From: Dehalococcoidia bacterium UBA1162
Lineage (GTDB): Bacteria; Chloroflexota; Dehalococcoidia; GIF9; UBA5629
Direction of reading: 5' to 3'
Length of the DNA: 64,000 nt
NCBI GenBank assembly: GCA_002311135.1
Contig: DBZK01000041.1
Span: 10,824 to 74,823, forward strand
In this document: positions 9,178 to 18,838 of the stretch, in pieces
Numbering within the stretch: the stretch's first letter is position 1
Layout of the letters: each line of letters begins with the position of its first letter
Notes under the pieces: model-generated
The model's input: only the letters and a program-made list of their open reading frames with translations
Database searches by the model: none
What the model was told of the DNA's origin: nothing
Program-made: the position numbers and the translations under genes

Positions 9178-10638
9178 TCAATTACGTCTATTTCTGCTTC
9201 TTTGAACCATAAGTAATAGATCACGCAAGTCAGTGTGAAAAAAACCAAAGCTAATTACAAGGAAAAAGCCAGCATAAATCAACATTTGCGCTATAAACCA
9301 GGAATTGAGGAATGAAGCAATCCAGAAGCAAGCGAAATAGCATCCCATAATTATAAGGCTTTTCCATATCGTCACGTTGCTTTCTCCTGTCACGGCTTTC
9401 AAGCTCAACTCATTAATAATATACCATACGAAGGAACTTATCAGTATAGCCATTGCCACACTTTCCAAAGTGCCCATCACTTTTATGGCTATCAGCACCA
9501 GCAGGACTGCAAGAGCCAGCGCGGTTATCCCAATGCCGAAGTATTGCCGCTGTTTTCGATATAACCGGTAGTAATTAACGTGAAGAATTAGTATAAGGCT
9601 GCTCAAGCCCATCGTTCCCAGCACGATCTTTACAATGGGCAGGCTGCCAGTGTAATGTGGAAGATAAAACTGAATCAACGCGGCGAGCGGGAAGTAGGCA
9701 TCTATTGATACAGCCCAGCAAAGAATCAGCACGCGCTTACCCAGTTGATAAGCCCTGGTCCTTTGTTCCGGCGCCGCCGCTGATAAATGGGGGAAAGAGA
9801 CATCGGCTATCGCTCTGATAAAGACGAAGACAATATTGGCCATTGCTAGGGCAAAGGCATAAACGGCAAACTGTTCAATAGTAAAGGAGGAGTTCACCAG
9901 CAGGCGGTCCAGGGACCAGAAGATGACGAAGACGAAGTTACCGAGAAGTATAAATATACCAATATTAATATTTTTTTTACTATAGGAAGCCAGTGATGGA
10001 GCAGAAGAGTTATTGCCCTGCAGATACCGTCGGTAACTGACAGCAAGAGCAACCATAAAGAGCAGATAAGCTGCTAGCGCAGCAATAATAACATATTGGT
10101 ATTCAAGGTGGCCTGAAACAAAAATAAGGACGACTAAAGCCAGGAAGGCAAATCCTCTACCCACATTTAACACGGTGAGCAACCGGAACTGCCTAATAGC
10201 CTGCGTTGTAAGAATGAAAAAAGTCGCTAGGTTAAAGATAAAGGCATATATGCATACCATTAATCCTATCAATTGGAAAGGTGGTTGCAGCAGCAAGTAA
10301 GTGACTAAGCCCAGGGGAATAATAACCGCTAATTGCTGCAGGACGAGAAACCTGATGGCTGGTTTTATCTCTCCGCCTATCTGGTTGAGGTCTTTGCCGG
10401 CCCAGTGCACCAGCAGGCCATCCAGAAAGCCCAGGTGTAATATACCCACATAAGTGATATAAAGATTAAAAAGCTGCCAGTAGCCGTAGCCAGCTACTGA
10501 AAGATATTTGGGAATGATCAGGGACTGTAAAAACGTGAAAAGTAGAAGAAGCCCGTTACCCGAGATATATACCAGGATATCTTTTCCGAAAGCGCGCACT
10601 TCAAAACGGCCTGTCTCAGCTACGTTGTGGTCATCCAT
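9178..10638 (-). CDS. Wzx-like oligosaccharide flippase (MOP superfamily)
   Basis: About 12-14 TM helices, PKYLSVAGYG and LDRLLV...FAVYAFA signatures, glycan-locus context. Confidence 0.82.
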   Translation of the reverse strand: MDDHNVAETGRFEVRAFGKDILVYISGNGLLLLFTFLQSLIIPKYLSVAGYGYWQLFNLYITYVGILHLGFLDGLLVHWAGKDLNQIGGEIKPAIRFLVLQQLAVIIPLGLVTYLLLQPPFQLIGLMVCIYAFIFNLATFFILTTQAIRQFRLLTVLNVGRGFAFLALVVLIFVSGHLEYQYVIIAALAAYLLFMVALAVSYRRYLQGNNSSAPSLASYSKKNINIGIFILLGNFVFVIFWSLDRLLVNSSFTIEQFAVYAFALAMANIVFVFIRAIADVSFPHLSAAAPEQRTRAYQLGKRVLILCWAVSIDAYFPLAALIQFYLPHYTGSLPIVKIVLGTMGLSSLILILHVNYYRLYRKQRQYFGIGITALALAVLLVLIAIKVMGTLESVAMAILISSFVWYIINELSLKAVTGESNVTIWKSLIIMGCYFACFWIASFLNSWFIAQMLIYAGFFLVISFGFFHTDLRDLLLMVQRSRNRRN

Positions 10639-10735
10639 GCTGGTGTAAATACAATTACATCTTTATAAATCGGTTATGTAAATTTCATGTAGAAATATCA
10701 ATGGGGGGGGAGATAATATATCTCCACATAATTCG

Positions 10736-12157
10736 TTAGCGTTCATTAGTGCTTCTTATTATAGGTGCTACAACTTGAAACAACTTCTGCGCGTAAATCT
10801 CATTCATTCTAGAGTTCGGATGTCTATCGTATCTATTGACTGCCATAATTTCATTAGGTAGTTGCCTGGCAAACTCCTCTTTGAAATTTACGGTTGTAAA
10901 TCCGATTTTTCTTGCCGCGTTCTCGGCTTGATTATACCATCTAAGATAAAGAGCGAGTTCATCGTCCGGATTATTGTAGTCAGTCGGTGTATCATATCTC
11001 CATCCCGAGTTAAGCACGGCGAATACAGGAGATGGAAGACCAATATCATCTGACATCGTCTTTATATCCTGTAGAGCTGCGACAAATTGCTTCCAATCGG
11101 GTGACTCTTCCTCGTATGTTCTCTGCAAAGCTACTTGCCACGAGGGTATATAACCCAGTTTAGTCAGCACAATCTGATACCCGGAATGGAGTATGCCTTT
11201 TACTTCTTCAAGGCCGAATAATGAGAGACTATCAATTAAGTTAAAATAAATATCATATTTGCTTTTCTCGATTGAATAGTCCTCGGCCCTTGGCTGAGTA
11301 TCGTTTTGGCAAAATCCCACAATTATTAGATCTGGCTTGACAATGTCTTTATATTTCATAAGAATATTCCTCTCATCGACAGTCGCAATACCCCAAACGC
11401 CAAAATTCAGAACTTCGATTTTCTTAGCATGAAACTCGGTAGCAAGCAAAGCTTCTAATCGATCAGAATACCGCTCCTCTTCTGCAAGTCCAACTCCCTG
11501 TGTGAATGAGTCACCGAGAACCATTATACGATATACATTTTGTGGCTTTGGTATAATAAATTCCTTTTCACGAAATCCCAGGCTGTTATTTACTATCTTA
11601 TGTCCCCATGTATAACTATATCCACCTTGGCGACCGTTAAATCCTAGGTCAGCTTTGCTCACTCTAATGAGGCCTTCTACGGCATAAATGGTTATTAGTA
11701 GGGAGAGAAACATAACGAAAATACGTGCCATCCAGCTTAATAGCTGCTTTTCAGATTTAGCCAATATTAAAAGAGTCGCAAACAGTCCAACTGTCCATAC
11801 GAACAGTAAAATTGCTACTGAATAGTGTAAAAAAAGTGCAACAATGAGGAGTATGAAAACGTATATTACGGCCACAGTTAGCACCCATCGATTTCTCAGG
11901 CATTTAACCAGCATTTCGCGGCGATGGCGGGAGATCGTGACCAATATCAGTAACCCTGATGCTAATAGGTATCCCAGAATAAAAAGAACACTATAAATTG
12001 TGAATATCTGGGCAGAATACTGCGCCCCCACAGTTACTTCACGAACGCGAAGGAAGGCTGAACCCTTAAAAAGCACCATTGCCGAAATGCCGAAGAGAAT
12101 CCACAGCGCAGCCACGATGGTGATCCTTTTCTTTTGCTTCTGGTCCATGGCGCTCAT
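10736..12157 (-). CDS. Membrane-anchored SGNH/GDSL hydrolase family protein
   Basis: N-terminal TM helices, then NSLGFRE, LGDSFT, NFGVWG, QND and DRHPN (SGNH blocks). Confidence 0.85.
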   Translation of the reverse strand: MSAMDQKQKKRITIVAALWILFGISAMVLFKGSAFLRVREVTVGAQYSAQIFTIYSVLFILGYLLASGLLILVTISRHRREMLVKCLRNRWVLTVAVIYVFILLIVALFLHYSVAILLFVWTVGLFATLLILAKSEKQLLSWMARIFVMFLSLLITIYAVEGLIRVSKADLGFNGRQGGYSYTWGHKIVNNSLGFREKEFIIPKPQNVYRIMVLGDSFTQGVGLAEEERYSDRLEALLATEFHAKKIEVLNFGVWGIATVDERNILMKYKDIVKPDLIIVGFCQNDTQPRAEDYSIEKSKYDIYFNLIDSLSLFGLEEVKGILHSGYQIVLTKLGYIPSWQVALQRTYEEESPDWKQFVAALQDIKTMSDDIGLPSPVFAVLNSGWRYDTPTDYNNPDDELALYLRWYNQAENAARKIGFTTVNFKEEFARQLPNEIMAVNRYDRHPNSRMNEIYAQKLFQVVAPIIRSTNER

Positions 12158-12178
12158 AGCAATATCATGGAATCGATT

Positions 12179-12358
12179 TTAGAAAATCGTATATATAAAT
12201 GGGGCTAACGGAGAACCAGCGGCGAAAATGAATAATAAACCAAATAGTACTAACATGACTATCATAGGGATCATCCACCAGAGTTTTCTTTGCCATAGGA
12301 AGGTTAATAGCTCACCGAATGTCCCGGATTTAGATATAAAATTCTTCCATATGCTCAT
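12179..12358 (-). CDS. DUF5989 / SxtK-like small membrane protein (59 aa, not in ORF track)
   Basis: Manual translation MSIWKNFISKSGTFGELLTFLWQRKLWWMIPMIVMLVLFGLLFIFAAGSPLAPFIYTIF. Has the RKxWWxxP and APFIYTxF signature. Confidence 0.85.
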   Translation of the reverse strand: MSIWKNFISKSGTFGELLTFLWQRKLWWMIPMIVMLVLFGLLFIFAAGSPLAPFIYTIF

Positions 12359-12382
12359 CTTCTTCTCTTTTTAAATAAAAAC

Positions 12383-14164
12383 TTACTTTCGGACCATATA
12401 ATCTCCCAGAACCAGGACGTCTATGCCACTTTTACTGAAGGTATTGAAGGCGTTGCTCGGAGAGGTAACAATGGGTTCACCCCTCAGGTTGAAAGATGTA
12501 TTTAATAGTACAGGCACACCGGTGGCCTCGCCAAATTTCTTCACTATATTATAGTATCGTGGATTCCATTCTTTCCTAATGGTCTGAAGCCTGCCTGTTC
12601 CCATGTGATTTACGGCATTTACGCTGTCTGCCTTATTCTCTTTAAACGGTAAAACCATAAGCATATACCTGGCTGGAAATTGTTTGGTGGCGTCCGCGCC
12701 ACCCTGAAAAAAGTCCTCAGTTTTCTCTTCAAGAATTACGGGAGCAAAAGGCCGGAAGGGTTCACGGAATTTGATTTTCACATTCACCAGGTCCTTCATT
12801 TCCTCACTGCGCGGATCCGCCAGGATACTCCGGTTGCCCAGTGCCCTCGGACCCCACTCGAACCTGCCCTGAAACCAGCCAACGACTTTTCCATCAACGA
12901 GATCATCTACCACTCGATCAAGCAATTTCTCCTCATTTGAAAAATACTCATTGCCGATATTATTACTATCTAAGAATTCTTTTATTTCTCCGTTGGTATA
13001 CTCCTTTCCCAAATATGCATGTTCCATTATGAATGATCTCGGTTTTCCCAGAAGAGCGTGGTATGCATACAGCGCAGCACCTAAGGCCCCACCGCTATCG
13101 CCTGCTGCGGGTTGAATGAAGAGTTCCTCAAAAGGAGTTTCCCTCAAGATTCTCCCGTTAGCTACCGAATTTAACCCTACACCACCAGCAATGCAAAGTT
13201 TTTTCAATCCCGTTTCTTTGTGCAGGGCATTTGCCATCTTGAGCAGTATTTCTTCTGACACAGTTTGAATACTTGCTGCTATATCCGCGTAATGCTCATT
13301 CTGCTGACAAAGTTCGCTGAAGTTCGAGGGTTTTTCGCCAAAATAGGATGGAAACCTTGTAGTAGAGGTAAAGAAATGCATCTCAGTTGGCCTGGGTTCT
13401 CCGAATAAACCTACGAATTTGCTATTGAAAGTTTTGCTGTCCGAATAGTGGTAGCAGAAATAATCCATATCTGTCCAGAATGACCCGTCATCAGCTACCT
13501 TGACCAGCTTATCGTATATCTTGTCAATATACCTAGGTTTACCATAGGGGGCCATGCCCATAACCTTGTATTCGCCCTCATTAACCTGGAAACCCAGGAA
13601 AGCGGTGAAGGCGCTGTATAACAGGCCTAATGAATGGGGAAACCTCATTTCTTTAATCAGTTTTATATCGGTTCCTTTGCCTATTCCCATGGTTGCCGTC
13701 GCCCATTCACCAACACCATCCACAGTTAGGATTGCCGCCTCTTCAAAGGGGGAACAGTAAAAGGCACTGGCTGCATGTGAGACATGGTGGTCGGTAAAGA
13801 GAATTTTATCGAATTCAATACCTATTTTGTCGCCAATAATACTTTTCATCCAGAGCTTGTCGGTGATCCATATTGACATTGCTTCCCCAAAAACCCTCCA
13901 GGACCTGGGGAATGTCTGCAGCGTTGTCTGAAGAATACGTTCGAACTTGTGGAAGGGTTTTTCATAAAAAACAACATAATCCAGATCATTTGCGTGTATG
14001 CTGGCAAAATCGAGACAAAATTTAATTGCATTCTCCGGAAAGCCAAAGTCATGTTTTATCCTGGTGAACCGCTCTTCCTCTGCGGCTGCCATTAAAATGC
14101 CGTCTTTTATTAGTGCGGCTGCGGCATCATGGTAAAAACAAGATATTCCCAGTATATACATCAA
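12383..14164 (-). CDS. O-carbamoyltransferase (NodU/CmcH/TobZ family)
   Basis: HDAAAAL, EEERFTRIKHD, HHVSHAASAFY, GEYKVMGMAPYG, GPRALGNRSIL, REPFRPFAP, LNTSFN motifs. Confidence 0.95.
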   Translation of the reverse strand: MMYILGISCFYHDAAAALIKDGILMAAAEEERFTRIKHDFGFPENAIKFCLDFASIHANDLDYVVFYEKPFHKFERILQTTLQTFPRSWRVFGEAMSIWITDKLWMKSIIGDKIGIEFDKILFTDHHVSHAASAFYCSPFEEAAILTVDGVGEWATATMGIGKGTDIKLIKEMRFPHSLGLLYSAFTAFLGFQVNEGEYKVMGMAPYGKPRYIDKIYDKLVKVADDGSFWTDMDYFCYHYSDSKTFNSKFVGLFGEPRPTEMHFFTSTTRFPSYFGEKPSNFSELCQQNEHYADIAASIQTVSEEILLKMANALHKETGLKKLCIAGGVGLNSVANGRILRETPFEELFIQPAAGDSGGALGAALYAYHALLGKPRSFIMEHAYLGKEYTNGEIKEFLDSNNIGNEYFSNEEKLLDRVVDDLVDGKVVGWFQGRFEWGPRALGNRSILADPRSEEMKDLVNVKIKFREPFRPFAPVILEEKTEDFFQGGADATKQFPARYMLMVLPFKENKADSVNAVNHMGTGRLQTIRKEWNPRYYNIVKKFGEATGVPVLLNTSFNLRGEPIVTSPSNAFNTFSKSGIDVLVLGDYMVRK

Positions 14165-14700
14165 AACTGCCTCTTGGATTGATCTAGATCAACTTTGGTT
14201 TCTATCCTATCAAGCCATTGAGTTTTATTATCACGATATTTCAATCCTAATGGGTCAGCGCTCATCTTTAAAATTAATGCAGCCGGGACAATTACAGTAA
14301 AAAAGAACAATGCAAGGTCTATTCCCGTTTGGAAGCTTCCTACTCTGGCAAAAAATTCTTTATATTTATTCCATAGTCTTCTAAACAAGTTCATTGATTT
14401 ATTATCTTTGTTCTCACCTGTTCCAATAGCTTTATTTGGAACCACTTTTGTATTTAGTTTTCGAGGCATTACTGCCAACATTCCTATTATAATACTGGCA
14501 GCTAACCAGATGAAAATCATGATCCATCTATTTAGATTAAGACTGAGTCCCAAATATATCCCACCGGCCCAAATAGCCAATAATAATAGCAAATCCATTA
14601 TCTGCGGTTTCAATTCTTTTTTGCTTGCCATTGCCACAGCGCCAATAGAATAACCAAGCTGCGAGAGAAGAATTAAAATAATAAAAGCAACGATATTCAT
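14161..14700 (-). CDS. SxtJ-like membrane protein
   Basis: TM helices and C-terminal DPLGL...W...KRQF. ATGA overlap with the carbamoyltransferase. Confidence 0.65.
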   Translation of the reverse strand: MNIVAFIILILLSQLGYSIGAVAMASKKELKPQIMDLLLLLAIWAGGIYLGLSLNLNRWIMIFIWLAASIIIGMLAVMPRKLNTKVVPNKAIGTGENKDNKSMNLFRRLWNKYKEFFARVGSFQTGIDLALFFFTVIVPAALILKMSADPLGLKYRDNKTQWLDRIETKVDLDQSKRQF

Positions 14701-15007
14701 ACTATAATATACCTAAATTTAATCATATGGTACATTACGTAAACGCACTTGGCAAGTGCATTTTCATCATCAAACATATAGTAACCTATCTCGCATCTAT
14801 TATTGTCATCAAAATGTCCAGCAGTTACTATATTTTTTGATGGTGTTTTGCTACGATGTTCTCCATTATAAGAATTCAGGGCAAAATCAGAAGATTTAAA
14901 TTTACCTCTATAAAACGGCGAAAAAGAACCTTATTTCGAGGAACGTTTATACCCGTATCTTGACGTGATTAAATAATAAATTAATCCTTTATCGCATCTC
15001 TTCTAAT

Positions 15008-16933
15008 TCATTGCTCTTTGAATACCATATCATCAAACCACGCAATGCCTGTACTTCCGCTTATCGAGCAGCAAACGGTGCACGCGGTTGCCCCGAGTGG
15101 AGCAATTACTTTTCCCTGATAATACATCCAGTCGTTAGTGCCCTTGAGTTGTTTCATAATTGGGGTCGCCCCGAGAAAAACATTCCCGGGACCTTTCCAA
15201 TCAGGAACAATTGAAGCTCCATTCTCACCGGTGATATTATCAGTTTTTATCCAACCCCCTATAATATATGATTTGCCTGCCTCAACCGGCACATTTTGTG
15301 TCCAGATAGCTTGAGGCCATGGGTTAAATGATCCTATTTCTGATATTCTAATAGCTGCACTGGTACCCCCGTTTCTACCCGGCTGTGGAAACAGGAATAA
15401 TGGCTGGCAATTCTGTAACCATTGACCCCAGTACGCAGGCGGTGTGCCATAGACGGCCTCAAATCCGCCATTTTGCAGATCAGCTTTCACAGCAAAACTG
15501 GTTGATATATTGGGATTGGTGAGAAAAATATTATTGCTCACTTCTATCAGATCGGGACTACTACATGGCAGCCGGTTATAGACGAAGGATACTTTATTGT
15601 CTTGAAAAAAAGTGGTTCCGCTGCCTCCGCCGTTCAGAAATTGGTATATAGAATCATCGACCGGCTCCTGGTTCATCCATATCCTATGCAGGGCATTTTT
15701 CATAGCGACCGCGCTAAAGGCTGTTGCTTTCCACGGATCTAACATGGCAGTTGAGTAATCCTCGGCGACGTTATCTTTTATCCATATGAATGCCCGGTAG
15801 TCTTGATCGTCGATCATGTGGTAAAAAGATGCGTTGAGCCTGGTGGGGATGGCGACGGCAAGTACGACGGCCAAGAGCAACACTGAGACGACGGGCGCGG
15901 CGACCGTGAAAATTGTTGATCTGTATTTCTTAAGAAACGCAGCAGGTAGCTTTAGCTTCCTCACCCAGAACAATCCTGCGCCTGCTATAATGCTCAACAT
16001 TAACAGCATAGCTGTCAGACCACGTTCATATACTGTGGACAAACCGTAATGGAACCTGATAAATAGAAGCATGATGAGGAGCAACAAAGCCAGCCCGAGC
16101 ACCAAACCAAGATTCTTCTTACCGCCCTTTATTACTAATATGACGGTACCGATGAAGCTGAAAGCGACCGGTATCAATCCGTACTTCCAAAGAAGATCAG
16201 GCAACACAATATAAGGCGAGAAGTACTGGGGTACCAGCAATTGCCGGGCGGTCTGAACCGCTATCTGGAAAGTCCAGGGCAATGACAGGGCAAATGGCAG
16301 AACGAGGCCAGACAACACTCCCGCAGCGTGCCGGATGTTCCCCTTGATATTTAACAGGATGTAAGGAGCGAGAATGATACACAGCACTATGGCAGTTGTA
16401 GCGTGGGATACTAATAGGTAAGTGGTAAAGAGAAATATCAACAGATAGGACGGCCACGTCTTGATATTAAAGGCGAGAAACATCGATAGCGGGATGAAGA
16501 GCATGCCCAGAGCCATGGGAACCATGAAGGCGGGGCCAAGCAAACCGCCTGTGGTAGGTATGAGGCAGGTAAAGAAGGCGGCCTCCAAACCGTAGCCCTG
16601 CCGGGAGGCTAAGATATAGACAGCCAGGACGGTGAACATGAATATAATGGAAGGGAAGTACCTAAAAAGGATGATCCAGTCTATGCCGCTGACCTGCTGG
16701 AAGATGGCCCAGAGTATGTGATAGCCCACCCAGAGGTTATCCCCCAGGTTTATCTCGGTGAGCCCGGTAAAGGGATCGGGAAAAGTGATGGCGCCGGTCC
16801 CGGCAATGGTTTCAGCATAGGTCATATGCATCCATTCGTCCCCATGAAGCGGATAGGCATAGCCGATATGGGGGATAAAGGCCAGATAGAAGGCCAACGC
16901 CAATATCAGTAAGAGTCCGAATATCCTATACAT
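15008..16933 (-). CDS. Polytopic membrane protein, GT-C-like, with C-terminal carbohydrate-binding (CBM4/9-like) domain
   Basis: PLHGDEWMH acidic motif after TM1, about 12 TM helices, then LQNGGFE...W.QNVPVEAGKSYIIGGWIKT...AWFDD jelly-roll pattern. Confidence 0.65.
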   Translation of the reverse strand: MYRIFGLLLILALAFYLAFIPHIGYAYPLHGDEWMHMTYAETIAGTGAITFPDPFTGLTEINLGDNLWVGYHILWAIFQQVSGIDWIILFRYFPSIIFMFTVLAVYILASRQGYGLEAAFFTCLIPTTGGLLGPAFMVPMALGMLFIPLSMFLAFNIKTWPSYLLIFLFTTYLLVSHATTAIVLCIILAPYILLNIKGNIRHAAGVLSGLVLPFALSLPWTFQIAVQTARQLLVPQYFSPYIVLPDLLWKYGLIPVAFSFIGTVILVIKGGKKNLGLVLGLALLLLIMLLFIRFHYGLSTVYERGLTAMLLMLSIIAGAGLFWVRKLKLPAAFLKKYRSTIFTVAAPVVSVLLLAVVLAVAIPTRLNASFYHMIDDQDYRAFIWIKDNVAEDYSTAMLDPWKATAFSAVAMKNALHRIWMNQEPVDDSIYQFLNGGGSGTTFFQDNKVSFVYNRLPCSSPDLIEVSNNIFLTNPNISTSFAVKADLQNGGFEAVYGTPPAYWGQWLQNCQPLFLFPQPGRNGGTSAAIRISEIGSFNPWPQAIWTQNVPVEAGKSYIIGGWIKTDNITGENGASIVPDWKGPGNVFLGATPIMKQLKGTNDWMYYQGKVIAPLGATACTVCCSISGSTGIAWFDDMVFKEQ

Positions 16934-17102
16934 TTAGCCCGCCATCCTATGTGTCAATTGTAGATAATTCTATCACGGGTTACTGGCGGTTGATAATAAT
17001 GGGTTGTGACCGCATGCCCGACGTAGTAAAATAACGCTGGAAGTGGAAAATACACATCAATGATAAGCGTTGGGTTAGTTTAGACGATAGGAGGGTGATC
17101 AT

Positions 17103-17684
17103 TTGGAATTAACCACTAAAAGAACATCCATTGATGACGTGGTCATAGTAATTCCCGAAATATTTCGAGATGAACGGGGGTTTTTTACCGAGGTCTACAG
17201 GCAAGATCAGTTTAAGAATCTGGGACTTCCAGAAGTGTTTGTTCAGCTGAATCAGTCTGGTTCGATAAAAGGAGTTTTGCGTGGGCTTCACTTTCAATGG
17301 GATCCTCCAATGGGGAAGCTCATGCGTGTTACACGTGGAAACGCATTTCTAGTCGCGGTCGATATACGAAAGGGGTCTCCCACGCTTGGAAAATGGTTTG
17401 GAACTGAGGCATCCCCAGAAAACGAAATCCAGGTTTGGGCTCCTGCCGGATTTGCTCGTGGGTTTTGCGTATTGAGCGACTATGCCGAGGTCCAGTACCT
17501 TTGCACAGGTGTCTACAGCAATAAATGTGAATCAGGAATTCGTTGGAATGATCCTGAGGTTGGAATCGATTGGCCAATAAAAAATCCAACCTTAACTCAG
17601 AAAGATCAATCTGCACAAACATTGACAGAATGGCTAAAAAGGCCGGAATCCAATAGTTTTAGTTATTCAAAAAAACGCTTGTAG
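17103..17684 (+). CDS. rmlC: dTDP-4-dehydrorhamnose 3,5-epimerase
   Basis: DERGFFTE, VLRGLHFQ, VDIRKGSPT, GIRWNDP motifs. RBS GGAGG upstream of TTG. Confidence 0.93.
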   Translation: MELTTKRTSIDDVVIVIPEIFRDERGFFTEVYRQDQFKNLGLPEVFVQLNQSGSIKGVLRGLHFQWDPPMGKLMRVTRGNAFLVAVDIRKGSPTLGKWFGTEASPENEIQVWAPAGFARGFCVLSDYAEVQYLCTGVYSNKCESGIRWNDPEVGIDWPIKNPTLTQKDQSAQTLTEWLKRPESNSFSYSKKRL

Positions 17685-17824
17685 TTCTTTGTGTCCATGT
17701 CCTTTACAAATCTTAAGCGATCATTAAGTAGGAAAGAAGCACTTGTGAAAACAAAACAATGTACGGAAGCACAGGTAGTTTCTCTGCCTAAGGGATGGTT
17801 CAAAAGAAATAATGTGAGGTTTTT

Positions 17825-18793
17825 ATGAAGATTCTTGTTGCAGGCGGAGCCGGTTATTTAGGTTCGGTATTGGTTCCACAACTTATTGAGCGTGGTTATG
17901 AGATCGATGTAGTTGACTTGCTATGGTTTGGGAACTATATGCCTGATGGAGTTAAGGTAATACCGAAGGAAATTATGACTTTGGAGGAAAAGGATCTTAC
18001 AGGATATGATCAGGTCATATTTATTGCCGGGCTTTCTAATGACCCTATGGCAGAATATTCTCCAGCCGCCAATTTCGTTGACAATGCCGCATTGCCAGCC
18101 TATCTCAGCTACATTTCCAAGCGAGCAGGTGTTAAAAGATTCATCTATGGGTGCTCATGTTCGGTTTATGGTTATTCTGTGGACGTACTATGTGATGAGT
18201 CCGCTCTCGCTACTTCAGACTACCCTTACGGAATTTCCAAACTCCAGGGTGAATTTGCCTGTCTCAGACTTCAGGACGATAAATTCTCAACAATTGCATT
18301 ACGAAAAGGGACTATCTCCGGCTACAGCCCGCGGATGCGTTTAGACCTTATTGTGAACGCCATGTTCAAGAGTGCTGTCACTGAGAAAGTAATTACCGTT
18401 AACAGCCCCTCAATCTGGAGGCCCATCTTAGACGTCAGGGATGCAGCCTCAGCATATATACGTGCCATTGAAGTGGATCAGAATATATCAGGCATATTTA
18501 ATGTAGCATACGGGAATTATACGGTGGGTGAAGTGGCTGATTATGTCAGAGAGGGGGTTCAAGAACATCTCGGCATCACTGCCAGAATTAATATTAAGCA
18601 TGTAAGCGACTTCAGGAACTATAAGGTAACCTCTGAGAAAGCACGCAATGTGCTGAGTTTCAATCCTAGATTTAATATCAAGGATACAGTTCGAAATCTA
18701 GCGGAAAATATGGATAAGTTCAAAGACATGGAGAACCCGAAATACTATAATATAAAAATCTTTAAGAAGCTGAACAGAGTAGGCCGAGCCTAA
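17825..18793 (+). CDS. NAD-dependent nucleotide-sugar epimerase/dehydratase
   Basis: GGAGYLG, GLSNDP, SCSVYG, YGISK, SPRMRLDL motifs. Confidence 0.9.
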   Translation: MKILVAGGAGYLGSVLVPQLIERGYEIDVVDLLWFGNYMPDGVKVIPKEIMTLEEKDLTGYDQVIFIAGLSNDPMAEYSPAANFVDNAALPAYLSYISKRAGVKRFIYGCSCSVYGYSVDVLCDESALATSDYPYGISKLQGEFACLRLQDDKFSTIALRKGTISGYSPRMRLDLIVNAMFKSAVTEKVITVNSPSIWRPILDVRDAASAYIRAIEVDQNISGIFNVAYGNYTVGEVADYVREGVQEHLGITARINIKHVSDFRNYKVTSEKARNVLSFNPRFNIKDTVRNLAENMDKFKDMENPKYYNIKIFKKLNRVGRA

Positions 18794-18838
18794 AATCGGA
18801 TAGCAGTCACGTATCATTAGAGTTGAGGGTTAAGTGCT

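Noticed and set aside
10703-10710. G8 homopolymer upstream of the flippase as a phase-variation switch
   Set aside because: Short, intergenic and not between convincing promoter elements. No evidence of length variation.
10736-14700. Saxitoxin biosynthesis
   Set aside because: Only the widespread sxtIJKL-like families are present. No sxtA, sxtG or other core genes.
17697-17828. Short ORF with VKTKQCTEAQVVSL resembling an IS3 transposase N-terminus
   Set aside because: The similarity is too short. No inverted repeats or further transposase sequence.
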